A stretch of 58,814 nucleotides of DNA from a virus (taxonomy: Duplodnaviria; Caudoviricetes): IMG/VR virus record IMGVR_UViG_3300011335_000231, positions 1 to 58,814 of that record. One strand, given 5' to 3'. Of this stretch, positions 1-9,162 are shown piece by piece (the stretch's first letter is position 1; every line of letters starts with the position of its first letter). Below the pieces are notes generated by a model. The model was given only the letters and a program-made list of their open reading frames with translations, made no database searches and was not told where the DNA came from. Made by a program: the position numbers and the translations under genes.

Positions 1-191
1 CCTGCTCCCTACAACACACCATATGTCAGAGTCTTGGTAACATTCCTAGCCTGCTTGTGCTCAGGATTGTTATCATCTTTCACAGTGCCTTTGTCAACTA
101 AGCCAAAACTCTGTGCATTGAACCAGTGGATATCACCTTTAAGCAGCTCAGTGATCCACTCTTGGTCATTGAGATAGTGACCTAAGCAGCG
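1..191 (+). repeat. Terminal overlap of the assembly, copy of 58624-58814
   Basis: 191-bp alignment with 5 mismatches (positions 9, 53, 57, 146, 179). It lies inside polA, so it marks circularity rather than a physical terminal repeat. Confidence 0.95.
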
Positions 192-1265
192 TAGCTCAAT
201 GCCTGACAGGTCAACACCCACCTGCTTATATCCCTTAGGCACTGTCCATACTTCTCTACACTCAGCACCATATGGACCACCCACTGCAGGAATCTGCGCC
301 ATATTAGGACTGCTATGTGTCGCCCTTCCTGTAACTGCGCCATTGGTAGTTACCCTACCATGCACTCTGCCATCATCAGCTACCAGTTCAAGCCAACTAC
401 TTATCTGAGATACACGCTTTTGAATCATTAAGTATTCAGCTACAAGCTTAGCTTCTGGTAAGTCAATCTTCTCAAGCACAGCCTCATCAACAATGACATT
501 GCCTTTGTCTGTCTTCTTTGTGAAGACAACACCAAGCCCTGCCAATCGCTCAGCAATCTGCTGCCTACTACCAGAATTAAAAATGGTAATCTTATCTTTC
601 AGTTGCTTGCCTGTCTTCTCAGAGATACGCTTCTCTACGATGGGAGGAAACACCTGCTGCATGCTCTCTTCAATGTCGGACATACGCCCACTAAGGGTTG
701 CATGTAACACCATAGCCTTAGGCATATCAAGCATGAAGCCATTGTCTTCCATGCCACGGCAGATGATGGCAACCTCATGCTCAAGCTGAATGCTCTGTAA
801 AGAGAAGCCTTCCTTTACCATCACTGTACTTAAGTAGTTGTAAAGTTTCTCAAGCAGCAACACATCCTGCTCACAATAGAGAGCCATGCTCTCAGTGTAA
901 CCACCATCAAAGGCAGTGAAGCCAATCTTGTGACTACCTAAGCGATAGCCCCATGCCTCTAAGCTATGTGGACTAGGGGCTTTGCCCTGCTCAGGAATAA
1001 CAATGTCAATGTCAGGTTTGTACAGCCGTGACATTACTAGGGTATCCACTAGGCTGTTGTCAGGAATGCCAACACCCCATACCTTCTTCAGGATGGGAGC
1101 ATCAAAGCCAATGATGTTATGGCCTACCACTTGCTCACCATCTAAGTATTGCTGCAAACTGTCGGCTTCCTGCCAGTGCCTCACCTCACCAGTGGTGTTG
1201 TGCTTGGTTACACACAGCCAAATGGTGTCATGTTTCAGGTTGGTTTCTATGTCTAAGAAGATCAT
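1..1265 (-). CDS. polA: Family A DNA polymerase, N-terminal part (3'-5' exonuclease and polymerase motif A); continues across the join to 58173
   Basis: ExoI FLDIET, ExoII GHNIIGFD, ExoIII YCEQDV, TGR..S.PN..QIP, motif A DLSGIELR. Start probably at 1265 (1283 possible). Joined protein is about 571 aa. Confidence 0.95.
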
Positions 1266-1428
1266 CGTTCTTGTCCTTATCATTTTGTCGGAGATTGTTA
1301 ACATCTACCGACTGTTTGTAATCTTCTAATGAATCTTTACCAAAGATGGCATTCCATCTGGTAGCCCACTCCTCATCAGCTATTGACTTAGGACGCTGAG
1401 CGTGTCCCTTACCACCATCACTCGTCAT
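1228..1428 (-). CDS. Hypothetical protein
   Basis: 66-aa ORF tiling between the adjacent genes. Confidence 0.55.
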   Translation of the reverse strand: MTSDGGKGHAQRPKSIADEEWATRWNAIFGKDSLEDYKQSVDVNNLRQNDKDKNDDLLRHRNQPET

Positions 1429-1648
1429 ATCTCTGCCACACCAGTACAGGTGTGTCCTCTCCTATGTATGCACCTTCAATGTTGAAGAGGATGTATTCAT
1501 TGGCTTCCTCTTCAGACATACCATCTCTGTCCACGAATACCTTGATCATCTTGTCAGCATCGTAGACTAAGACCTCCACTCTCTTATTACCATTCCATAT
1601 GGAAGCTTGTCCAATGATGGAATCATCAAGATCATCCCATTGTTTCAT
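1418..1648 (-). CDS. Hypothetical phage protein
   Basis: 76 aa; ATGA overlap with the primase-helicase stop. Confidence 0.75.
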   Translation of the reverse strand: MKQWDDLDDSIIGQASIWNGNKRVEVLVYDADKMIKVFVDRDGMSEEEANEYILFNIEGAYIGEDTPVLVWQRYDE

Positions 1649-3258
1649 AGCATCATTCCCTCCATAGTATCTGCTACCTCAAACATTCTGCCAGTGTCTT
1701 TGTTGTAAAGCAAGCTGCAAGCAGGACCAGTTTGTCCACTGTATCTATTCTTCAACACCCTAACCTTGGTGGTGTTGCGCTCAATAGGATCATCGTGCTG
1801 TCCATTTCTTTCCAGTGATATCACCATGTCACTAAGTTGTGCTATAGCTGCACTGCCTCGTAGCTGAGCTAGGCTAGTGGCTGCACCTTCTTCATGTCCC
1901 TTATCAGAGGGACGCTTGAGGTGGCTAACAATGATGAGAGCAATGTTAGTTTCCTGCACAAGCATGCGAAGCTTGGTCATAATTTCATCAATTGCCTTAC
2001 GTTCATCACCATTGTCCTGACTGGATACGATGATGCTTAAGTGGTCTAAGAATATATACTTACAGCCTAGTCCCTTAGCCATATATTTAACACGATTGAC
2101 AATGTTCTCAATGGCTGTACTTCCGAAGTGATCAAAGAAGAACAAGCGTCCAGTGCCTAAGGTCTTCTCAAATGCATCCTTGCGTACAGCATCAGACACT
2201 ACAGATGTAGGCAAGTGTAAGGGGGCATCAGCAGCTAGGCTCATCATCGATAGTGAAGTTTTGCGAACACTCTCTTCAAGAAACATCAAGCCAATGTTAG
2301 TGTCACTATTCTGTAGAAGATGCCAAACTATTTCTCTTAGGGTTTGACTCTTACCTAAGCCACTACCTGCTGTGAATGTAACCAGTTCCCCTGCTCTAAT
2401 GCCATAGGTAATTTCATTCAGCCCCTTCCAAGGATAGAAACAGTCTGCTACTTCCATTGGTTTAGATACTAGTTCCCATAGACTAGAGCCACACACAATG
2501 CCATCAGGCACGAATGGTTCTGCTGCCCACCATCTAGATACAAAGGCAGCTTCCTTGTTATCAGCAAGCCACTCACATGCATCCTTGTATGCAGGATCAG
2601 GTTTAAATATCTTGCACTTGCTACCAAACAATTCAGCAACTTCCTTTGCTGCCTTCTGTCCTGCCTCATCACCATCAAAGCACAGCACAATGTTTTCAAA
2701 GCTGTTGATGTATTCGTAATTTGCTTTGGCATCCTTCAATGCACTACCTGCGCCTGTGCGTATAGACACCACGGGATATTTACTGCCTGTCAATTGGTAT
2801 GCAGCCAGTGCATCAAACTCACCTTCAGTGATGGTCAGGTACTTGCCATTGGAGGGGTACAGGTTCTGTCCAAACAGAGTACCCTTACTCCACCCACCCA
2901 CTGTTGTAAACTTCTTGTCCTTCACCTCTCTACGCTTAGCCGCCACCAGTTGGGAGTTGCTATCGTAATAGGGAAAGTAGTAGTGGCCTTCGCTACGAAC
3001 TACACCATAGCGTTCCATTGTAGTTTTGTTAATGCGTCTGTCTGAGACACTCACACTAACGCCTTCGTTGTAGCTTTTAATAAAGCCACTTGTATCTTTT
3101 GTTTCACTATCTACATCAATCACTTCAAGTCTTTCGTTGTTAGTTGATGGGATGTATGTATCACATACAAAACATTTAGTGGACATGTCTTCATTCAGTG
3201 ACAAACCATCACTGCTGCCACATGTCTCACAAGGTAGGTGGGTTTTTAGAAATGCCAT
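1645..3258 (-). CDS. T7 gp4-like DNA primase-helicase
   Basis: Zn ribbon CETC..CFVC, TOPRIM EGEFD/FDGD, SF4 Walker A AGSGLGKS, DHL, LRGS, KNR. Confidence 0.95.
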   Translation of the reverse strand: MAFLKTHLPCETCGSSDGLSLNEDMSTKCFVCDTYIPSTNNERLEVIDVDSETKDTSGFIKSYNEGVSVSVSDRRINKTTMERYGVVRSEGHYYFPYYDSNSQLVAAKRREVKDKKFTTVGGWSKGTLFGQNLYPSNGKYLTITEGEFDALAAYQLTGSKYPVVSIRTGAGSALKDAKANYEYINSFENIVLCFDGDEAGQKAAKEVAELFGSKCKIFKPDPAYKDACEWLADNKEAAFVSRWWAAEPFVPDGIVCGSSLWELVSKPMEVADCFYPWKGLNEITYGIRAGELVTFTAGSGLGKSQTLREIVWHLLQNSDTNIGLMFLEESVRKTSLSMMSLAADAPLHLPTSVVSDAVRKDAFEKTLGTGRLFFFDHFGSTAIENIVNRVKYMAKGLGCKYIFLDHLSIIVSSQDNGDERKAIDEIMTKLRMLVQETNIALIIVSHLKRPSDKGHEEGAATSLAQLRGSAAIAQLSDMVISLERNGQHDDPIERNTTKVRVLKNRYSGQTGPACSLLYNKDTGRMFEVADTMEGMML

Positions 3259-3481
3259 AGCCTTTATAAGTTACTTTGTTGGTCTTCAATACTTGATCGT
3301 ATCCATTAAACAGCTTAGTCATTCTAGCATCGTGTAGGCTGTGAAGTCCAATTAATAAATTGGCAAGCTCGTCTTCATCGGGTTGCTTCTCTCTGTCCAT
3401 CAACACCCACAGGATGGAGTCAATGTCCTCCTTAGTTATCCAAGCAGCCATGATGAGGTCTTCAAGTTCATGTAGTTTCAT
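3227..3481 (-). CDS. Hypothetical protein
   Basis: 84 aa; tiles the operon. Confidence 0.7.
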   Translation of the reverse strand: MKLHELEDLIMAAWITKEDIDSILWVLMDREKQPDEDELANLLIGLHSLHDARMTKLFNGYDQVLKTNKVTYKGYGISKNPPTL

Positions 3482-3482
3482 T

Positions 3483-3863
3483 TTATTTTCCTATGTACAA
3501 AGGCACATCACCTTCTTCTTCAACAAGTCCAACATTTACTCGCCAATCTTTTGCACCTGCCAATGCATTAGCCCTCATAACCATCAGTTCTACTGCACCT
3601 ATCCATGCTACAGGCTCTTGCTCTGGCTGTGCCATTGGAATGGCTTTAGGTGCTGGCCCTGCAATTTCCTCATACTTGGCAAGCCACATAGCAGACTTGC
3701 GTTTTTCTTTTTCGTACAAGTCTTTGTAGTCGTGCTCTGGCTGTGCCAAGGCTTCTTTGATGGCGTTAATCTGAAAATCAAATTCACCTGCAAATATAGA
3801 ATCCACATGGTTCATGAATTCAAATTTCTCCAGCGCCAGCTTCAATGCTTCGTCTTTGGTCAT
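3483..3863 (-). CDS. Hypothetical phage protein with QEPVAW motif
   Basis: ALAQPE..QEPVAW motif common in phage early proteins. Confidence 0.7.
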   Translation of the reverse strand: MTKDEALKLALEKFEFMNHVDSIFAGEFDFQINAIKEALAQPEHDYKDLYEKEKRKSAMWLAKYEEIAGPAPKAIPMAQPEQEPVAWIGAVELMVMRANALAGAKDWRVNVGLVEEEGDVPLYIGK

Positions 3864-4006
3864 TTCGCAGCCTCCATATAAAGCCCAACATTACCCAGTG
3901 CATAACCAACAAAGGCTATGCCTAGCCCAGTGTTACCCTTGAGTAGCAGATCCACTGCCACACCTGCATACACCACACCTACAATTGCAATAAGCCATGC
4001 ACTCAT
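3860..4006 (-). CDS. Small membrane protein (48 aa, not in ORF track)
   Basis: MSAWLIAIVGVVYAGVAVDLLLKGNTGLGIAFVGYALGNVGLYMEAAK; ATGA overlaps at both ends. Confidence 0.75.
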   Translation of the reverse strand: MSAWLIAIVGVVYAGVAVDLLLKGNTGLGIAFVGYALGNVGLYMEAAK

Positions 4007-4188
4007 TTGATCACCTTGAATTCTTGAAGCACTCTTATAGTTGCTTTAATAAGTTCAACATCTTGAGTTGCCTCAGGCAATGCGCTTTCCCACCTCAATA
4101 GAAATTCCAATTGTTCAGCAACAATTGCTTCTTGTTCCATTTGATTTAGTTCCATATTAGTCCCATAGTCCTCTGTAATATTTACCAA
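4003..4188 (-). CDS. Hypothetical protein
   Basis: Tiles the operon; true start is probably an internal Met (MELNQ). Confidence 0.6.
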   Translation of the reverse strand: MVNITEDYGTNMELNQMEQEAIVAEQLEFLLRWESALPEATQDVELIKATIRVLQEFKVIK

Positions 4189-4753
4189 ACAACATGAAAG
4201 CTTTCTTCATCCTTGCTTCATGCACCTCTATACCTGCATAGTCAATCTTAATCTGACCTATCTGTTTCTCTAGGCCAGCCTTCTTATCCACAGAAGAATG
4301 ATCATAAAACTTTTCAGTTGAGTTGTCATCAACCATCTCCCCAAAAGCCCAGATCATTTCATCTAGCACCCAGTCCCACCTTTTGAAATGGTTATCATCA
4401 ATGTCCCAACTGTTTTCCTTAGGCAAACAAGAGTTGCTTTGCAAAGCCTTAGGCACATCTTCATCATCCACACAAGGGCTACCATGCTGTGTTGCCTTAA
4501 GCTGCTTGAGCATAGGCAAGATGAGTAATGACAATGTATGATCCATTGCCCAAGTATCATACCTATCAATCTTTACATACACAGTGCGCTTCTTCTTCTC
4601 ATGCATCCACTGAAGCAGGTCACCCACCCATGTCTCACTAAGCCACTCGCCCCACTTGTATGCCCTATCCTTATCAACCCCTAGCTTTGTTGTTAGTTCA
4701 GCAAGTTGATATGGCCCAAGCCAATTGGGATACTTTCCTATATACACTTTCAT
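4157..4753 (-). CDS. Hypothetical phage protein (Trp-rich)
   Basis: 198 aa; ATGA-coupled to the recombinase. Confidence 0.8.
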   Translation of the reverse strand: MKVYIGKYPNWLGPYQLAELTTKLGVDKDRAYKWGEWLSETWVGDLLQWMHEKKKRTVYVKIDRYDTWAMDHTLSLLILPMLKQLKATQHGSPCVDDEDVPKALQSNSCLPKENSWDIDDNHFKRWDWVLDEMIWAFGEMVDDNSTEKFYDHSSVDKKAGLEKQIGQIKIDYAGIEVHEARMKKAFMLFGKYYRGLWD

Positions 4754-5850
4754 GTTAGTCCTCGCATTTCCTGTGTCACTGTTGCACTACGCAAAGTGTT
4801 CTTGATGTATGGTGTTAGGCTCTGCGGGGTAGCATGACCCGACACCGACATGATGTTGGTGATGGGTACACCCACCTCAATCATCTCTGTAATGGCTGTC
4901 CTTCGTAAGTCTTGTAACACTAAATCACTAGGCAGATTTGCATCAGCTAAGATTTGCTTAGCCACTCTAGACAAGTTGAACAGACTGTAAGGAACCAGTC
5001 CACCCTTCCTATCAGGCACATTAGATGGAGCAATGTATTGCTGCCAACCAAACTCAGCATGTTGTTGTCTCAGCATGGTGAGCAAGCCTTGGCTTGTCGG
5101 GATAGTCACCCTAGACCTACGCTTGCTTTGTTCCAAGTGCAACACACCCTTCTCCAAGTCTACTTGATCCCATCGTAGCTTACGCATGTCACCCATACGC
5201 TGTCCATATTCGTATGCCATCTGCACAATGAGTCCTACATTACGCCACTTGAATGTGCTGTATGCAGTGTTCATGAATGCTCTAACATCTTCCCTAGTCC
5301 ATACAGTTCTGCGAGGTTTGTCTGCTCTTCGTAGCACCTTGCTGAATGGGTTGTGGGTGATGTAGCCATGACGAATAGCGAAGTTGAATAGCAAGCGATA
5401 GACAGCCAAGGTGTGGTTAGCTAGGCTAACACTGTGCTCAGCATGTGTTTCATATATCTTCTGACAATGGGGTGTCACTAAGCTACCAAGCTTGCATTGA
5501 TACAGAGCAACACCATTGGCCTTACTATCCCGCCATCCCTGTAGGTAATACATGTAGTCACGCTGTGCCTTAATGCTCAGCTTGGTGAAGGTGATGTTGT
5601 TCTTGTAAGCTTTGATAAGCTCATGCACTCTTGTATCTTCAGAGATATCTTTAAGATATCTAAGCTCTTTACGCCAGTTGTCTAGCATAGCATTGAGTTC
5701 TTCGGCTAAGGCAAAGGCTTTGTCCTTCTCAGTGCCAAGCACACGCCTAGCCACCACCCCTGCATCCACTGCATCCTGTGGTGGGTTGTAGCGGTACTTG
5801 GTAACACCTTCGGTGGCCTTAGCCAAGGTTACATAGCGAGGTAGGCTCAT
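4750..5850 (-). CDS. Tyrosine recombinase / integrase family protein
   Basis: GQR..D, QSKR, QDLRRT (HxxR position), SGH, C-terminal Tyr. Confidence 0.9.
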   Translation of the reverse strand: MSLPRYVTLAKATEGVTKYRYNPPQDAVDAGVVARRVLGTEKDKAFALAEELNAMLDNWRKELRYLKDISEDTRVHELIKAYKNNITFTKLSIKAQRDYMYYLQGWRDSKANGVALYQCKLGSLVTPHCQKIYETHAEHSVSLANHTLAVYRLLFNFAIRHGYITHNPFSKVLRRADKPRRTVWTREDVRAFMNTAYSTFKWRNVGLIVQMAYEYGQRMGDMRKLRWDQVDLEKGVLHLEQSKRRSRVTIPTSQGLLTMLRQQHAEFGWQQYIAPSNVPDRKGGLVPYSLFNLSRVAKQILADANLPSDLVLQDLRRTAITEMIEVGVPITNIMSVSGHATPQSLTPYIKNTLRSATVTQEMRGLT

Positions 5851-6137
5851 GCTTGTCCCCTTGCTCGGATGGCTTCAGCGCAAATTAACTCAGGACGCTC
5901 TCCATAATAATCTTCAGCACTGTTGATGCCTTCACATTCCTTTGCACACGCCTCACGCTCGGCAGAAGCGGCTCTGGGCATACAAACCTTTTGGCATTGG
6001 TCGTAATTGCCGCAACACGGCTCAACCAAAGCGTGAGAAGCGACAAGGGCGGCAAAGGCTTCAAGACCATTGATGTATGTAGGTTTACCAACTAACCCCG
6101 CCTCTTTTGCCATGCAGATAATGTCTTCTCTGTTCAT
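5847..6137 (-). CDS. Hypothetical phage protein (AEREACA..AEAIRARG motif)
   Basis: Start MNREDII at 6137; common phage motif. Confidence 0.75.
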   Translation of the reverse strand: MNREDIICMAKEAGLVGKPTYINGLEAFAALVASHALVEPCCGNYDQCQKVCMPRAASAEREACAKECEGINSAEDYYGERPELICAEAIRARGQA

Positions 6138-6220
6138 ATACCCCCCGTTAAATAAACAACCCAAACCCAAACCCAAAATATCATTGCGGATAGGATTGCG
6201 TACACCCAAGTATTGTTCAT
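6134..6220 (-). CDS. Small hydrophobic peptide (28 aa)
   Basis: MNNTWVYAILSAMIFWVWVWVVYLTGGI; ATGA overlaps at both ends. Confidence 0.6.
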   Translation of the reverse strand: MNNTWVYAILSAMIFWVWVWVVYLTGGI

Positions 6221-6396
6221 TGCTTCCTCGCCTCCATCATCAGGTCAGCCATCTTGTATGCCCTTGCAGGGATCTCTTCTTGCTTTAAGACCCAAGCAGG
6301 GCCATGCATAGCTTCCATAACCTTAGCTGCAAAGTAGTCACGCAAGGTCATACCAAAATTACCTTCGTCAGGGAAAGCGTATTTTAAATCATTCAT
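6217..6396 (-). CDS. Conserved small phage protein (GMTLRDYFAAK family, 59 aa)
   Basis: AFP..GMTLRDYFAAK..AY.MAD.M..AR. Confidence 0.85.
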   Translation of the reverse strand: MNDLKYAFPDEGNFGMTLRDYFAAKVMEAMHGPAWVLKQEEIPARAYKMADLMMEARKQ

Positions 6397-7225
6397 CTGT
6401 TCCTCCTAGTGCATATAGTGCTTCAGCCATATCAATGAGTTCATCCTTCTTCATCAGCTTGTCAAGCCATCGTGTAGGTATGCCCTTCAGTCCATACTTA
6501 CGCCCTGCTAACATACCTGTCACTGCACCTACAGTGTCAGCATCATAGCCTTTGTTTACTGCCATCACTAAAGCTTTCTCAAAGCTTGATGTTTCTCTAA
6601 CACATTCCCATGCCATGTTGTATGTATACATAATGCTTCCTGATGCATACACATCACGGAAGTGTTTGAGATAGTCGAAGTTGTCTTCTGCTTTGCCTGA
6701 CATAAGTTCAGCAACAAACCCTGCTATGTAATGCACAGTGTCTGCATTGCCATGTGTCATCAATGACACAGCTATGCTCTGTGCCACAGCACTAGGCATG
6801 TTGTTGTGATTGGCAAGCACAATGGGAGCTACTCGCATAATAGATCCGTTACCACTGGAGCTATAGCTACAGCTACCTGCATAGGGATGTGTTGGTGTGA
6901 TGCGGTCAATGGATTCACTGCATGTCCTGCCAATGTCAAAGACATAGTTGCGAGTACCAAAGTGGCCTGTCTTTTTCCACATCTTAAAGTTCATGGCAAT
7001 GGCCTCAGGATCAAAGCGTTTGCTGCCTATGTATGCATCAGCAATACAGGTACTCATAGCACCATCATCACTGTATTCTCCCACTGCCATGTTATGTACA
7101 CCACCACCAATCATTTCAGTCACTGGCTCTACAATTTCATGAGGCCGTAGGAATTCATTAGGAGCACCCAGTGCATCCCCAATATACAGTCCCATAAACA
7201 TTCCGATTGCTTTATCCTGATGCAT
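6389..7225 (-). CDS. ADP-ribosylglycohydrolase (DraG/ARH family)
   Basis: GDALG, YSDD, GNGSIMR and DADT metal-binding motifs. Confidence 0.92.
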   Translation of the reverse strand: MHQDKAIGMFMGLYIGDALGAPNEFLRPHEIVEPVTEMIGGGVHNMAVGEYSDDGAMSTCIADAYIGSKRFDPEAIAMNFKMWKKTGHFGTRNYVFDIGRTCSESIDRITPTHPYAGSCSYSSSGNGSIMRVAPIVLANHNNMPSAVAQSIAVSLMTHGNADTVHYIAGFVAELMSGKAEDNFDYLKHFRDVYASGSIMYTYNMAWECVRETSSFEKALVMAVNKGYDADTVGAVTGMLAGRKYGLKGIPTRWLDKLMKKDELIDMAEALYALGGTDE

Positions 7226-7724
7226 TGTGTTCCTTTAAATAAGCCGTAGCTTTTTCTAATATGTTTATGTTATCTCTGAAAGATCCCAAAGCAGAGTTAC
7301 ACCAATGGCATAACAATGCTCGAACCTTTTTGGTTTCGTGGCAATGATCTACAAAAAGCTTTTTGTTTTTATTATCTTTCTCATCTAGTCCACAAATAGC
7401 ACACTTGTAGTTCTGAGCACAGCGCATGTCTTCGTATTGATCAAGTGTGATTCCATACAACTGTTTGTACTTATGCCCCCTATGCATATCTACATTTCTT
7501 TTACGAAACTCTCCCCTATCTGCAATCTGTTGCTCACGATTTTCATAGTAATATTTCTTGCGTTTATTACGCCTCTCTTCTGCATTATTACTATATGCTG
7601 TTTTGTTGGCTACAGAATTACATGCCTTACACCACGACATATATCCTGAAGCTTTGTTTTTATCTTTATAAAATAAAGAAAGGTCTTTCTCAATAGCACA
7701 CCTTGGACATGTTTTTACTTGCAT
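7212..7724 (-). CDS. Endonuclease VII-like HNH homing endonuclease
   Basis: CxxC repeats; CAIC..VDHCH..VRALLC..CN. Confidence 0.9.
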   Translation of the reverse strand: MQVKTCPRCAIEKDLSLFYKDKNKASGYMSWCKACNSVANKTAYSNNAEERRNKRKKYYYENREQQIADRGEFRKRNVDMHRGHKYKQLYGITLDQYEDMRCAQNYKCAICGLDEKDNKNKKLFVDHCHETKKVRALLCHWCNSALGSFRDNINILEKATAYLKEHNASG

Positions 7725-7744
7725 AAGTTTCTCCTTTGATGGGA

Positions 7745-7773
7745 GTTATATACACAGGTGAGTGAACTGTCAA
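7745..7773 (-). promoter_or_regulatory. Sigma70-type promoter for the EndoVII-like gene
   Basis: TTGACA-17-TATAAC on the minus strand. Confidence 0.75.
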
Positions 7774-7864
7774 GTGAGTGAACAATAGGTGGGGGTACTA
7801 ACGGCTACGGCTGATCATCATCGGGAACCCCCAAAGTCCGACACCCTGTTCCCCCCATTATCTC

Positions 7865-8707
7865 TTAAGCGAAGGCAATGTCTTCGGCAATGTTCCACAA
7901 CTCTGAGTTGATGCGGATGTTTTCTTTTACACTGCTAACAGGCCGAGCCTTACGAGTCACACCATTGGGGTGCTTGTTAGACAGGCTCTTAACGAATGCA
8001 TTGCCACGGATAACACCTTCTTGAATGCGGTTGAACACAGTGAATGCATCCATGTAGTTGTCTTGATAGCGAGAGATCTTCAACACATCAGCAATGGTTT
8101 GAGGGGTAGCATACACACCATTGGTCTGCTGTTCAAGCATGTCCCATCGTGTCTCAATGCCACGCTTAGCCATGATCACTGACTGATGTGGGTCAAGTGT
8201 CACACCACGCAGTCTCTCAAGACGCTCCATCATGGTGGGCAATGTAGCCACAGTGTTACGAAGCATCTCTTCAAAGCCACTCAGTGCCTTGCTGTGGTAG
8301 ATGCGAGACTGGAAACCATCACCTGCAATGAGGCCATTGTCACAGATGAAGCGGAAGCAACCTGCAAACAATCTCACTGAGCCAGTGCCATCGTGAGAGT
8401 TGTATAAAATAATCTCAGGACGAATGTCACCAGTGCCAAAGTCAATGTCCCATGTCTTAGCGAAGGCTACCATGTGACCTGAGTGAGCAGGGTTGTTCTT
8501 ACGGCTACGCTTTTGTGCTGCTTGCACTGGTGCATATCCATAGTCTTGCATCACTGTGATGATGTCGCTTGTGTTCAACGACACATAACGATCTGTAAGT
8601 TTGTCAGACTTGGTTGTGCTGAAAGCAGCAGGGGCAAGTTGTTGGATACGCTCTGTAGAGAGAGCAGAATTGTTAACATTGCGAGAGAAGATTACATGTT
8701 TAGCCAT
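7865..8707 (-). CDS. DUF932/DUF945-like protein
   Basis: PEIILYNSHDGTGS..AG.FRF.C.NG, FNRIQE, N..LW. Confidence 0.85.
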   Translation of the reverse strand: MAKHVIFSRNVNNSALSTERIQQLAPAAFSTTKSDKLTDRYVSLNTSDIITVMQDYGYAPVQAAQKRSRKNNPAHSGHMVAFAKTWDIDFGTGDIRPEIILYNSHDGTGSVRLFAGCFRFICDNGLIAGDGFQSRIYHSKALSGFEEMLRNTVATLPTMMERLERLRGVTLDPHQSVIMAKRGIETRWDMLEQQTNGVYATPQTIADVLKISRYQDNYMDAFTVFNRIQEGVIRGNAFVKSLSNKHPNGVTRKARPVSSVKENIRINSELWNIAEDIAFA

Positions 8708-8753
8708 GATGTTTCCTTAAGAAAAGTGAATGAGTGTCAGCAACTGACGCTTA

Positions 8754-8783
8754 ATTATAACCACAAAAGAAGGGGCAGTGCAA
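8754..8783 (-). promoter_or_regulatory. Sigma70-type promoter
   Basis: TTGCAC-18-TATAAT upstream of the DUF932-like gene. Confidence 0.55.
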
Positions 8784-8795
8784 AGCCCCTACAGT

Positions 8796-9014
8796 TTACT
8801 CGGGCTTTCTAGCCAAAGGTATCACATCTGTCCAAGCGGCTAGATGAATAGTGTCACCGAACATATCTAGGCAGTAGCTATACATGCCATCGATGTGATC
8901 GAAGTAGTAGACAACCTCAGTGCGAGGGCATTGTACATAGCTCTTAGGCTTCACTGAGTACAACGGCATCACTGGTTGTTTGTCGAAGTCCCTGATGTCC
9001 ACTTCGCTTAACAT
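8796..9014 (-). CDS. Hypothetical early protein
   Basis: 72 aa; GAGGA Shine-Dalgarno (SD). Confidence 0.75.
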   Translation of the reverse strand: MLSEVDIRDFDKQPVMPLYSVKPKSYVQCPRTEVVYYFDHIDGMYSYCLDMFGDTIHLAAWTDVIPLARKPE

Positions 9015-9162
9015 AATTTTCCTCCTCTTGTAAGCACATTCGTTTCATTTGCATACCCTTGGCATAGCCTCGGGCATAGTCTTTGTTCATCCATTGGTAT
9101 GCCATCCCCTTGCTTCTGATGCCATGAACATACCCCAGTTGATAGCTAATGTCTACATCCAT
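8944..9162 (-). CDS. Hypothetical early protein
   Basis: Repeated Y..GY..G motif; start MDVDI. Confidence 0.55.
   Translation of the reverse strand: MDVDISYQLGYVHGIRSKGMAYQWMNKDYARGYAKGMQMKRMCLQEEENYVKRSGHQGLRQTTSDAVVLSEA

Noticed and set aside
9-11. Premature stop suggesting a polA pseudogene
   Set aside because: It lies at the contig edge; the overlapping copy at the other end reads Tyr and continues in frame.
300-1000. DnaJ zinc-finger insertion in PolA (HMO-2011 hallmark)
   Set aside because: No CxxCxGxG repeats in the polymerase.
7791-7856. tRNA gene
   Set aside because: A terminal stem exists, but there is no cloverleaf, T-loop or D-loop consensus. No tRNA was recognised anywhere in the window.
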